A stretch of DNA of 64,000 bases. Origin: the human T2T-CHM13v2.0 reference genome, Homo sapiens. The notes under the pieces were generated by a model. The model ran no database searches. It had not been told where the DNA came from and was given only the letters and a program-made list of their open reading frames with translations. The DNA is taken from assembly GCF_009914755.1 (NCBI RefSeq), contig NC_060937.1. One strand, given 5' to 3'. The position numbers were made by a program, and so were the translations under genes. Of the stretch, positions 29,101 through 41,648 are shown piece by piece (position 1 is the stretch's first letter; the number at the start of each line of letters is the position of its first letter).

Positions 29101-30946
29101 AAATCAAGTTAGTTATTTTCAAGACACAATGTAGGTATGTTATTGGGTAGATACTCCCATTTCAAAAGGGAAAAATCAGCCAAAACAAAGGGCTACAGGC
29201 CCCATGCAAGTTCAAAACCCAGGAGGACAGTCATTAAATTTTAAATCTCCAAAATTTTGAATTCAGTCCCACATCCAAGGCACACTGATATGGTAGGTGG
29301 TCTCCAAAGGTATTGGAAGGCTTCACCCCTGTGACTTTGCAAGGTTCATCCCTGTGGCTGATCTCATGGGCTGGTGATAAGTACCCATAGCTTTTCTAGG
29401 TACAGGTTACAAGCTGTAAGTGGCTCCACCATTCTGGGGTCTGGTGGATGGTGGCCCCCTTCTCACAGCTGCCCTAGGCAGTGCTGCTGTGAGGATTCTG
29501 TATGAGGGCTCCAACCTCACATTTCCCCACTGCACTGCCTTAGTAGAGGTTCTCTGTGAGGGTTCTACCACTGAAACAGTTTTCTGGCTGGGAACCCAGG
29601 CTTTTTCAAACATTGTTTGAAATCTAGCTGGAGGCTCCCAAGCCTCAACTCTTACACTCTGGGCACCCACAAGTTTAACACCATGTGGAAGCCAGCAATG
29701 CTTATGGCTTGCAGCATCTGAAATGGCAGTCCAAGCTGTACTTGGGCCCCTTTGTGCCACAGCTGGAGCTGGAGTGGCTGCGATACAGGGAGCAGTGTCC
29801 CCAGGCTTTACAGGGTATTAGGTCTCTGCGCCTAATCTATGAAAACATTCAGTTGTCCTAGGCCTCTGGGTCTGTGATAGAAGGGACTGCTGCAAGGTCT
29901 TTGAAATGTCTTTGAGGCCTTTTCTCCATTGTTTTAGCTAGTAGCACTTGGTTCCTTTTTACTTATACAAATTTCTGAGTCTACTTGAATTCCTCCCCAG
30001 AAAATGGGCTTTTCCTTTCCACCACATGGCCAGGCACACTTTCCAAACTTTTACATTCGCTTCTTCTTTAAATATAAGTTCCAATTTTAATTCATTTATT
30101 TGCTTATGCAAACAATTAAGGGTTGTTAGAAACAGCCAGACTACATCTTAAATACTTTGCTGCTTAGACATTTCTTTCACCAGATACACTAAATCATCTC
30201 TCTCAAGTACAAAGTTCCCCACCTCAGGACAGGGGCACAATGCAGCCAAGTTCTTCATTAAAACATAAAAAAGCGACCTTTGCTTCAGTTCATAATAAGT
30301 TCCTCATTTCCATCTGAGACCTCCTCAGCCTGGCCTTCACTGGCCACATCACTATCAGCATTTTGGTCATAACCACTCAACCAGACTCTAGGAAGTTCCA
30401 AACTTTCCCTCATTTTTCTGTCTTCTTCTGATCCCTCTAAACTCTTCCAAACTCTGTTTGTTACCCTTTTCCAAAGCCACTTCCACATTTTTAGGTGTTT
30501 TTAGAGCAATGTCCCACTCCTTGGTAACAATTTTATGTATTAGTCTATTCTTGCATTTCTATAAAGAAATACCTGAGACTCGGTAATTTATAAAGAAAAG
30601 AGTTCTAATTGATTCATGGATCTGCAGGCTGTACAGGAAGCATAGTGGCTTTTGCTTTAGGGGAGGCCTCAGAAAGCTTCCAATCATGATGGAAGGCAAA
30701 GGGGGAGTAGAAATCTTGCATGACAGCAGCAGGAGGAAGGTGGAGAGAGGTGCTATACATTTAAATGACCAGATCTCACAAAAACTCATTCACTGTCATG
30801 AAGACAGTACCAAGATGGTGTTGCTAAATCATTCATGAGAAACCCACCTCCATGATATAATTACCTGCCACCAGACCCTCCTTCCAACATTGGGAATTAC
30901 AGTTTGACATGAGATTTGGGAGGGTATATATATTTAAACTATATCA
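26182..30946 (-). mobile_element. Full-length MSTA-type MaLR: 5' LTR 30536-30946, internal 28933-30535, 3' LTR split into 26182-26355 and 28686-28932
   Basis: LTR ends tgtattag.../...actatatca; MaLR internal sequence; perfect 5-bp TSD ggtgg at 26177-26181 and 30947-30951. Confidence 0.9.
26356..28685 (+). mobile_element. Full-length THE1D-type MaLR: 5' LTR 26356-26713, internal 26714-28323, 3' LTR 28324-28685
   Basis: Two LTRs of about 360 bp (...tccccacccaaat...taataca) flank about 1.6 kb of THE1 internal sequence, with a purine tract tttgggagggggcaggggcagaa before the 3' LTR. Confidence 0.9.
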
Positions 30947-31986
30947 GGTGGGTATTGGGAAAAAGGAAGAAATAAAAAATGAGTGTGGGTAGGTATGAGC
31001 AAGTGGTTCCATTCTTTTGAGTCTTTGATCAGTCTTTCACTGAATACACAATTTACATGTGAGACAGAGGTAGAGGAATAATCACTTATTCCTTCCTCTA
31101 GGTCAGTGAATCTGCATTTTTACATAGGGTAAAATAAACTTAGGACAGAGGAAACAATCAGATATGCGTTGGTCCTAAGTGAGCAGAGGAATTGCTTTCA
31201 GTTCCATCTTTCTTCCCATAACTGTGAGGATAAGCTTTCGATGTATATTGCCAGGGTGAAGTTCAATAGAACTGTTTTAGGGTAAAGATCTGGGAACCCA
31301 CAAAAAATTTGTTTTAGGTAAATTGTAAGGTTTGTAACTGTTTATCTTTGTAGCTATCTTATTTAGAAACAAAACAGGAGGCAAGTTTGTGTGGCTTTTT
31401 CCTTTGGCTTAGTGAGTTTGGGGTCCCAAGATCTCTTTTCCATTCACAGTTCATAAATATGCACCATTAAGAAGATGAAATGTCACTCATAAGTCATAAA
31501 ATAGAATAAATAAATTGATAGATGAGGACGACTACAAAACATATATTGATATACACATGTAAACACACCTGCAATGGAAAATATATGAAGAATATCTTAT
31601 AATTAATAACAAACATCTACAATGATACATAAAAGAGGATCTAATGATGTTAAAAATTGTATTATTTTTTGAACTGGGTGCAGGTTACACTGGCATATTT
31701 TTGAATCAACTAATTGAAATGAACACTTACAATTAGTACATTTTCTTATATGTATTCACTCATCAGTAAAAACAAATAACTGAACCAGTTTCTGTTTCCT
31801 TCAGCTTAACCCTGAATGAGAGTGATATCTGATATCAGAAGCAAAATAAATTGTGGAAGAATCTAAGGTATAAGTAGAAATAAAAAATCCACAAAATTAA
31901 TAAAAATGGAAGGCATTATTTATAACACCTAGTGGATATAACATTTTAAGTATGTGAAGACCCTGGAAACTATGATACAGCATGAT

Positions 31987-32570
31987 CAGCAGAGGAAGCC
32001 ATAATCCTCCTGGAAACATAACTCTATTGACCTGGGAAGGACACCCCCAACCCCCGACAGCAGACACAGCAAGCCCTGCCCAACAAGAATCTGAGCTAAG
32101 ACATACCTAACCCTACCCCACCTGATGGTCTTTCCCACCCACCCTAGTAGCTGAAGAGAAAAGTCACATTCTCTTGGGAGTCCTAGGGCCGCACCCACCA
32201 CCAAATCCTCCCTATACTACTAGAGCTGATGCTCTCTTGAAAGCTCCACCTCCTGGCAGGAGGCCAACCAGCAGGAAACCATAATATCAACAATAATAAT
32301 ACAACTAAGGACCCTCACAGAGTCCGTTTCACTCCCGTGCCATCTCCACTGAAGCAGGTGTTGCTATCCATGGCCGAGAGACCAATAGATGGTTCACATC
32401 ACAGGACTCCGTGCAGACATCCCCCCACTACACGCCTGGAACCCAGCAGTCCCGAAGGATGGCTAGATCCAGAAGAGAACTAACAATCACTACCATATGG
32501 CTCTCAGGAAGCCACATCCCTAGGCAAAGGGGGAGAGTATTACAAGGGAGCACCCCATGGGACAAAAGAA
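31987..32570 (+). mobile_element. Isolated L1PB-type 5' UTR fragment
   Basis: C-rich, with ccacctcctggcaggaggccaaccagc, ggctagatccagaagag and ggctctcaggaagccacatccctagg...caccccatgggacaaaagaa typical of L1PBa 5' ends. Confidence 0.7.
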
Positions 32571-33300
<730 letters not shown>

Positions 33301-33632
33301 AAAGTTTGTGTACGCAGCATTGCAAAAGTGAGACATCTACTTACCACCAACAGAAACCACATAACTCACACTTCAGTCATTTAGATAGAACTGATATTAA
33401 ATAAGAAAATGACAAATTATCTCATAAAATTGAGCATGTTCTACTAATATGCAGCAGAAAAGGACATACGATTGGCTCAAAATACATAAAAATGTATTCA
33501 CTTTTAAACATTGTAAGAAAAATGAAATTTATGAAAACTTTGTAATACTGTTTCACCTATCATTTTGTTATATTACGAAGTTTTATAACACTCTGTATTA
33601 ATTGAGGGTTTAAGAAAATGGCCACTCTCCAA

Positions 33633-33868
33633 CTAAAACAAACAATGTCAAAAGGACTTCCTATTCAATAAATGATTGAGATAACTGGCTAACCATATGG
33701 AGACGAGTGAGACTGGATCCTTATACTCACCATATACAAAAGCTGGTAAACTCCTCCTTATCCTCACCATATACAAAAATTAACTCGACATGAATTAAAG
33801 ATTTAAATGTAAGATCTCAAACTACAAAAACCCTATACAAAAACCTAACAAATACCCTTCTCAACCTA
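33633..33868 (+). mobile_element. Isolated L1P ORF2 fragment with internal duplication
   Basis: cctattcaataaatg...aactggctaaccatatg...caccatatacaaaaattaactc...aaagatttaaatgtaagatctcaaactac. Confidence 0.8.
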
Positions 33869-34047
33869 TTATTTGGCTGCCTCCACTGATGAAAACTCAA
33901 TGACTGAGGAAGAGGGGTGGGATGAAATTTTTTACCCCTCTATCTTTCCAAGCATATAAATAAATTACTTATTAAAAATAATTTATGGTATATTTTATCT
34001 CAAACCAAAACAACAAAATATTTGCATTTCCTTTTTCTAGAATTAGA

Positions 34048-34116
34048 GCCACTGCACTCCAGCCTGGGCAACAAGAGCGAAACTCAGTCTCAAAAAAAAA
34101 AAAAAAAAAAAAAAAA
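34048..34116 (+). mobile_element. Alu 3' terminal fragment (Sp/Sq-type) with A25 tail
   Basis: gccactgcactccagcctgggcaacaagagcgaaactcagtctc followed by 25 A. Confidence 0.92.
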
Positions 34117-34704
34117 GACACATCATGCACACATAAAAATGCATATATTTAAGCATCCAAAATTTTAGAACTTCTGTTATAATGTATTTGTGAAAGTAAA
34201 AGCATGAGCAACATTCTGGAGGAAAATATTTGTAATTCATACATTAGGTAACAAACTAGGACTCAAAATATATTTTAAAGTTCTACATATCAATTAAGAA
34301 ATTAAAATTTTTTTATAAAAACTGAGCAGTTCACAAAGGAAAATTATGAGGTTAATAAAAATATGAGAAGTTCTTTATTTTTTAACTAAACAAATGTGAA
34401 ATAATCAGAAATTAGAATAATTTTCATACACTGCTGGTTGATATGTAAAGTGTTATAATAGCTTGCAAACAAAGCCGATTAAAATCTAATGAAATTAAAA
34501 TTTCAGACACCAGGAATCAATAACGACATGTGTTCATAGAGACACGGGTTATGAGAATATTCAACTCAGTACAGCTTTTTTGTTATATCAAAAAATGAAA
34601 ACCATGGTAGTGTTCAATATAAAATAATTAATAATTAAAAATAAAGTAATAAAAAGAATTAAAAAGAGTATAATATGAACACCCTGTAGTATTCACAAAT
34701 CTAT

Positions 34705-34805
34705 GGTAGATAGATAAGCAGATAGACACATAAATAGATATAGATAGATAACAGATAGATAAGAGATAGATAATATACATATAGTATATAGATAGATATG
34801 ACAGA
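34705..34805. repeat. (TAGA)n-rich degenerate microsatellite
   Basis: Repeated gatagata/tagat units. Confidence 0.8.
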
Positions 34806-35324
34806 TGTCTATTTTCTAGACACAAATATAAATATACCAAAATTATATCTTACAAAACAATTTTGAATTTTTTAAAAGTTGGAATAATATCAATTTTATA
34901 ATGTAAGGATGTGTTAAGGACAAAAGTGAAAAAAAAATCATGTCTCTATATATCAACAATTCAGAAGGATCCTTACCATAGTAATGGTTGCCACTGGGGA
35001 GGAAAAAGGAATAGTTAATTTTGTAATAATGTTTAAAAGGTTTTAAATTGTTTTTGTAAAAATACAAGAAACAAATGTAAAAAAAAAGTATGAAGAATGT
35101 ATTTCCATTTAGTTTTGATTCGCTTTTTTAACATTACTAAAAATAAAAATGTGAGAAATCAAACATGAGCAGGCAACTCACCAGTGCAACCTTATTTTGG
35201 AGTAATGCAACACAGTACATCAGTTATTTGTACACACATCCTCCTACCTCCGTCTGTGTATTCCTTTGTAGCATTGATGATGATTGTGTATTCTCAACAA
35301 CTGCCAAGTGTATGGTTCATGCAA

Positions 35325-35545
35325 ATAATAATAGTTATTACTTATCAAACCTTTCCTTTGTACCAAGTGCTGTGCTAGTTCACATCTTGTATCTTACACA
35401 ATTCCCACAACATTCCTGAAACCATTATCTTTATTTTTAGATCTAGAACTGACGTTAAGAAATCTGTTCTAACTTGATGAAAGCCATACAACTTGTAAAT
35501 TAAAGGCTGGCATTTGTACTTAGATATTTTTGACACTCGGAACTT
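35325..35545 (-). mobile_element. MIR SINE
   Basis: aataataatagttattacttatc...tgtaccaagtgctgtgcta...attcccacaaca...taacttgatgaaagccatacaacttgtaaat. Confidence 0.7.
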
Positions 35546-35677
35546 TGCATTATATTATTCAATAAATATTGGCTGAATAAACACAACATCTGAAATTACT
35601 CTGAAAAAAGAGGATGAATTTTTATTTAAGATATAGATCATTGAAATGGACAGTTACAAGTCTCATCTAGGTAGAGA

Positions 35678-35737
35678 ACAAAGATAAATAATTTTCTACT
35701 CGACTTTACAGAGATAAATAATTTTCTACTTGACTTA
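35678..35737. repeat. 30-bp tandem duplication
   Basis: acaaagataaataattttctactcgacttt / acagagataaataattttctacttgactta (27/30 identical). Confidence 0.9.
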
Positions 35738-37506
35738 TAATGGTGGAGGAGGATTGCTCTATGGCTCCAATTACAAGATAAAAAATATTAGTCTATTATG
35801 CAGTAAAAATGGCAGATATTTCTGACTTTCATATTCATATCATCAAATGATGTTAAAGAACTATGAATAACATCGGAGATACATTATTTGCCTCTTGAAA
35901 TTATGTGAAAAGCTAATTAATATAATACATCAATTTTATACACTTTTAAAAAATATCTTTTGGACAGGGGATTAATGCCCAAACTTGTAATCTTATAATA
36001 GACATATTCCCCTTTGAAAATGAATTTAAATCTTTTCCAGAAGTTAGATAAGATATAGTTAATATCTATGTGTTGTCATTTAATTCTAACATATATGTGA
36101 TGGAAAAGAAATGGGGTAAGTAAGAAGAGAATTTTCTTCAGCCAATGTTATTGCTTAGTGTCTTTATGACCTCTGAGAGGTGGCTACAGTTATATGATTC
36201 ACTGTAATATATACAAATCAGGGCATATAAAATGATTTTTAAAATTGGAAATAAGGACTAAGGACTGTTATAAATTACCTTGATATCTCCTATATTGACG
36301 AACATCTGGAAAAAAGACATATTTTTGTGACTAAAAGGTAAAAAAATTAGTGCATTGTGAAGTAGAAATGACAGTTATTTCTGACTTCCATCTTCATATC
36401 AACAAATTATATTACATTATATATATCAACAACTGAAACCACCCTATCTCTGGACACCAGCCAAAAACTAAACAGTTTGTCCACCATGGAAGCCGATATT
36501 GTGCAGAGCTGATGCAGCCAGCTAAACGTATTATTTTGTCATATAACTTTTTTCCTCAAGTTAGGCATTATTAGCTTGTATACAAAAGCAAGCATCTATT
36601 TAAGCATCGTTTGTATATATTTTACATGGATGTATTAATCTGACATTTCTAGGATTTTGACTTTATAATCAGTTGTGATTAGAGTAGCAGCTGATAGAAA
36701 TACACTGTGTCTAACCAGGCAGGCTCCAGAGGATCCAAAGGCAGGAGGAGAACATGAGTGAGAAGAAGCTGGCATGTGAGTCACAAGTTAACAAAAGAAA
36801 CATGAATATAAATATTTCATGTGTCATATAATCAATTTTTATCTTCTTCCCAAAATAAAAATGTGTTTAAACTACATTAAACAATACAAGAAAACCGAGT
36901 GCAAGCTTTTATTTTGTAGTATGTGTACAAGGCCACTTCATTTTAAAATGAGAAAAAGTCATTTTTTGCAGGAGTGTACACCTTCTTCAAAAGAGTTACC
37001 CACATTAATCTTTGGCAAATGGACTGATAATATCTTTAATTCCATGAATAATTACTTTATTAGCTTTTATGGCTCTAAAATGTACAGCATGTTTTTCAAC
37101 TCATTTTATGTCTATCATCTTTTAACTATAAACTAAGATGTTGAGATATTTTACAAATACAATGTAGCCATAGTTTTAACGTCCAATTTTCTCATATGCT
37201 GCTTTAATTTATTTTTGTTGGAAACTTTAGCTAATAAATATCACAGCTTATTTACCTAAAGATGTTAGCAAGATAGCAATTAAAAGAAACTTTTTTCATC
37301 ATTAGCCTACAGCAAAGTAATTATTACAAAACTTAAACGTAATATGGAGTTTGTCAGTACAATACTTGTATTTCAAAAATTTAGAGGATATTCGTCCAGT
37401 TTTAATTCCCCAGTATTCAAATAGCCAACTCATTTTGAGGAAGCCCACGCTATAGTATCTTGATGGAATGCAATGTTGCAGGAGACACTATGAAAACTAA
37501 CGAAAA

Positions 37507-37768
37507 GGCCGGAGCTGAGGCTTCGGGCCTGTAATCCCAGCACTTTGGGAGGCCAAAGAGGGCAGATTACCTGAGGTCAGGAGTTTGAGACCAGCCTGGC
37601 CAACATGGCAAAACCCTGTCTCTACTAAAAATACAAAAATTAGCTGGGCATGGTCCGTGGGCGCCTGTAATCCCAGCAGGAGAATCACTTCAACCCGGGG
37701 GTGGAGGTTGCAGTGAGCTGAGATCGCATCACTTCACTCCAGCCTGGGCGAAAGAGAAAGCTCGGTAT

Positions 37769-37799
<31 letters not shown>
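37507..37799 (+). mobile_element. Alu (AluSx-like) with 18-bp internal deletion and A30 tail
   Basis: acctgaggtcaggagtttgagaccagcctggccaacatgg; right arm reads taatcccagc|aggagaatc. Confidence 0.93.
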
Positions 37800-37804
<5 letters not shown>

Positions 37805-38294
37805 GAAAAAATGAGTCTGTCTTTCTTCCTTGTCACTGGGAGCTTACATGTAAGCAACATGATATGGTCTAGTCATTCAGACAATCGTACCCAAGAAACC
37901 GAATCTTCAAGGTGCATTTAAAAATGCAGTAATAATTAGATGATGGTAATGACAATAAGGAGCATATGTCAGTGAATGAAAATGACTAGTGGATATAGCA
38001 ATAGCAGAGGCAAACATATGATGCTGTTTCTGTAGACAATATCAATGGTGCTCCATGGTGCCTTGTATTAAATGCAAAGTAGCTGTACCAAATTAGTAAA
38101 CTGTATGGCATTATCAGCAAGCCTCATAAGGGAATTAAATAATTTAATGGATACATATTTTTTTCTCACAAAATTAGTGGCTAGCAAACGTGGTGATAGA
38201 TTAGCAATTCATTTATATGCAGAAGAAGGTTTTTGGTTCATAGTCAAATTCCTGATGGGTCTTATCTAAGGAGATAATCAAATCTGGGGTGTGG

Positions 38295-38487
38295 TTTTTT
38301 TGTTTGTCTGTTTGTTTGTTGTGTGTGTGTGTAATATATGTATTTGAGAAAGGGTCTCCCTTCATTTCCCGGGCTAGAGTGCAGTGGTGTGATATCTCAC
38401 TATGCCTCAAACTCTTTGGATCAAGCAATCCTCCTCCCTCAGCCTCCTGAGTAGCTAGGACTATAGGTGCATGCCAATGCACCAGCT
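38295..38487 (-). mobile_element. FRAM / AluJ right monomer with microsatellite-degenerated tail
   Basis: ggatcaagcaatcctcctccctcagcctcctgagtagctaggactataggtgc; single monomer. Confidence 0.85.
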
Positions 38488-39777
38488 TGCATTTGAATAT
38501 ATTAATAATTATTCTTGGTAATAATTTGGTAAGCAGTGTCTATCACTAACATTATATGATTTGTCCTACAGGAGACATTTTCAGAAAGCACAGTTCCATG
38601 AGTGATGCTTTTCTCAATTAACATAAAAACGGATTAGTGAGAAAGTGTAGAAGTTAGATGTGAAGATAGTAACAGTCTAGTTCAGTCCATTTCATTGTGA
38701 AATTTATTCTCCTCAAACCTGAAAATATTTAAAGGTTGTTTGTCGCAGTTTAGGCATATTCTCAATCTCAACAGTAACATCAATTAAATTATTCAGGTTT
38801 TAAATTAGTTGCTTAAGTTGTCTAGTAGCTTTTACAATTTTTTTAAAAAATTAATTGACAATAATTGCATATATATATATTACAAAATGAGTCTTTTTAA
38901 TAAAGATATTTCAACTGATATATTTATTCTTATTTATTAATTAGTTGCATTTATACAATTAAATTAAAAATAAAAAACTACATATTAATTCTGTTTTCAT
39001 GATTGCTTCACTCAAAAACAACTTTTTAATTACTTTTATAAGTACATTAAAAAAGTATTAAAGTATAAATTGCACGTAATCAAATGATGAGTTTCTCAAA
39101 CGAATACACTCAGGTTTCAACTTCCTCAGTAAGTTTTATTTTTTCCCCAAGTTTATACCTATATCCCCAGTAGAAAACCACTGCTCTGAGCTCTGAATTC
39201 ACCACCACAGCCTAGTTTTTAGTTTCCTGTAGTTTCCTCAGTTTTTGTTTCCTGTAGTTTTTAGTTTCCTGTATGTACGTAGTTTTGTACACTTTTACTA
39301 AACATAATTTATTTTGAGATTTTCTGATGTTGTGTATCAGTAGTTCCTGTTTTCTGAGGTATATTTACAATTGAAGAATAAACATAAAACAAGGTAATTA
39401 ATTATACTCTTATTGATGAACATTTGGATTTTTTTCAGTTGCTTTTTCTTATGAAAAAAGATGATATAAATATTATTTTACTAGGATTTTTTGCTCTTAT
39501 GTGTCTTAATAACTATTGGGGATACAATAAGCATGAAGTTTTTAGGTTATTGGGTAAATATAGAAGTTAGGCATATAAGAAAGTGCAAACCTATTTTCCA
39601 AAGTTTTAATAATTTATATTCTTATCTGCATATTTAAGAATAGAATTATATTACCTCCTTGCTAACGTGATATTTTTCATGTTTTAAATTGTACTCATTC
39701 TGGTGAGATTGACGCGATATAATATTTTGATTTTATTTTGCTTCTCCCTAATGATTAATGATGGTGAGTACCTTCTC

Positions 39778-40317
39778 CATCTCTTTTTTTAACAACATGC
39801 TCTGCCTCGCCATTTATTTAAATTTTTTTCGTATCTCTCAGTATTGTCTTTCATAATTGAAATTTAACAACTTTATTTTATTTAATATTTTCTAATTAAC
39901 ATATAATAGTTGTACATGTTTATGAGGTACACAGTGATGTTTCAATACATATAATATATAGTGATCAGATCAAGGTAATTCACATACCCGTCATTTCAAA
40001 CATTTATCATTTTTTTGTGTGTGTCTTGGAAACAGTAACTACTCTTTTTTAGCTATTTGAAACTATACAATATACTGTTGTTAACTATATTCATCCTAAC
40101 ATGGCAAGTCAAAATCACGCTGAGGTATCATCTCACCCCTTTTAGGATGACTGTTATAAAAAAAAAAGCTGGTAAGGATGCAGAAAAAAGAGAATTCTTA
40201 TACGCTGCTGATAGGGATGTAAACAAGTACAGCCACTGTGTGTAATAGAGTATGGATGTTCCAAATAAAAACAAAAACAAAAACCTACAAGTAAAATTAG
40301 CATTCAATTCAGTACCT
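39778..40317 (-). mobile_element. L1MA insertion: 3' end 39872-40098 (minus), inverted upstream piece about 40100-40314 (plus), extra 3' sequence 39778-39871
   Basis: L1MA 3' end taatagttgtacatgtttatgaggtacacagtgatgtttcaatac; plus-strand aggtatcatctcacccc...gtacagccactgtg; degenerate TSD at 39762-39777 and 40318-40333. Confidence 0.75.
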
Positions 40318-41443
40318 TGATGAGCACCTTTTCTTCTGATTACTGGTAATTCATATATTTTAGCTATGTCTGATTACTGGTAATTCATATATTCATATAT
40401 GTTTCAAGGGTATTGCTCAATTTTATTGTGTTGCCTTTTTAATATTGATTTGTAAAACTCTAAAAAATATTTTGCATGGAAGTTTTTTGTTAAATACATT
40501 GTGCAAATATTTTCCAGCCTGTGTCTTATCTTTTTCTTTTTCATTTTAATGTATAAGAGAACAAGGGTTTCATCTTGAAAACAATCCAGTTTTTATTTTT
40601 TTCCTAATCTCAGTGCTTTTTTGTTTTTATTAATTTATCTTTACTTACCCAAAATGAGTGAAAATATTCAATTTTTATTCCAGAATTTTTACAGTTTAGC
40701 TTAAAGTTTAGGTCTGTGATTTATCTCAAATTAATATTTTTTGTATGTCATGAGAAATGGGTCAAAGCTTTTTTTTTTCCCTTACAGATGTCCAGCTTTT
40801 CCAGGACCATTTGTTGAAAGGACTATTCTTTCCCCCCTGATTAACTTTGGTTTTTTAATGAAAATCAAATAACTATATATTTGTAAGTCATTTTTAGATG
40901 TTTTATGTATATACTTATACAAATGCCACACAATTTTGATTATTGTAAATTAACAGAAGGCCTGAAATCAGAGATATAAGTTTTATAACTTTTTTTAAGG
41001 AGCATTGTGGCTATTTTGTGACCTCCTTGTTTCCATATAATTTATAATAATGTCATAAGTTTCTCCACAGACATTTGAGAATTATGATTAAAATGGTATT
41101 CAATATTGAGGCTGATTTAGCAAGAATTGACATCTCAACAATGGTATGTCTACTCATTTACATCATCTGTCTTCAAGACTTCTCTGCAATTATTTCTACC
41201 AATAACATGAAAACATTTAAATATTGTTAATATGTATTCCTAACTAGTAATGTTATATTATATTTTGTATGTTAAATGTAAATTTCCAATTATTTATTTT
41301 TCGTATATAGAAATGCAATAGCATTTTGTATAGTTGACCTTTTATTTACTTTCATTGTTAAATTCCCTTAATAAAGTCTTGATTTTGGGAAGATTTCTTC
41401 AGGTAATTTACACACAAATTATGTCTTTAAAAAATGAAAACGC

Positions 41444-41648
41444 TGGTGTTTTATTGAGGATTTTTGCATAGATGTTCATCAGGGATATTGGCTTGAAGTT
41501 TTCCTTTTTTGTTGTGTCTCTTCCTGGTTTTGCTATAAGGCTGATGACGGGTCAATAGGTGCAGCAAACCCCCATGACACACGTATTCCTATGTAACAAA
41601 CCTGCACGTACTGCACATGTATCCCATTTTTTTTTAGAAGAAATAAAG
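41444..41648 (+). mobile_element. Miniature twin-primed L1PA8A-like insertion
   Basis: Minus ORF2 piece 41444-41546 joined to a plus 3' end ataggtgcagcaaacc...tatcccatttttttttagaagaaataaag; TSD aaaaaatgaaaaygc at 41429-41443 and 41649-41663. Confidence 0.9.

Larger units (their letters stand above)
26025..31448 (-). mobile_element. MER4-group ERV1 solo LTR (LTR49/MER4A-like), split into about 26025-26181 and 30947-31448 by the MSTA insertion
   Basis: Left part agtctc...ttatttgccaaggttgaggacacac. Right part ends ctttggcttagtgagtttggggtcccaagat...ttcaca, the reverse of the tgtgaa...cttgggaccccaaactcactaagcc start. Confidence 0.75.

Noticed and set aside
26979-30488. ORFs inside THE1D and MSTA internal regions as functional genes
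   Set aside because: Short broken pieces of decayed MaLR internal sequence with multiple stops.
38544-38575. Branch-point-like cactaac followed by cctacag acceptor
   Set aside because: Weak pyrimidine tract and no convincing downstream donor; expected by chance in 64 kb.
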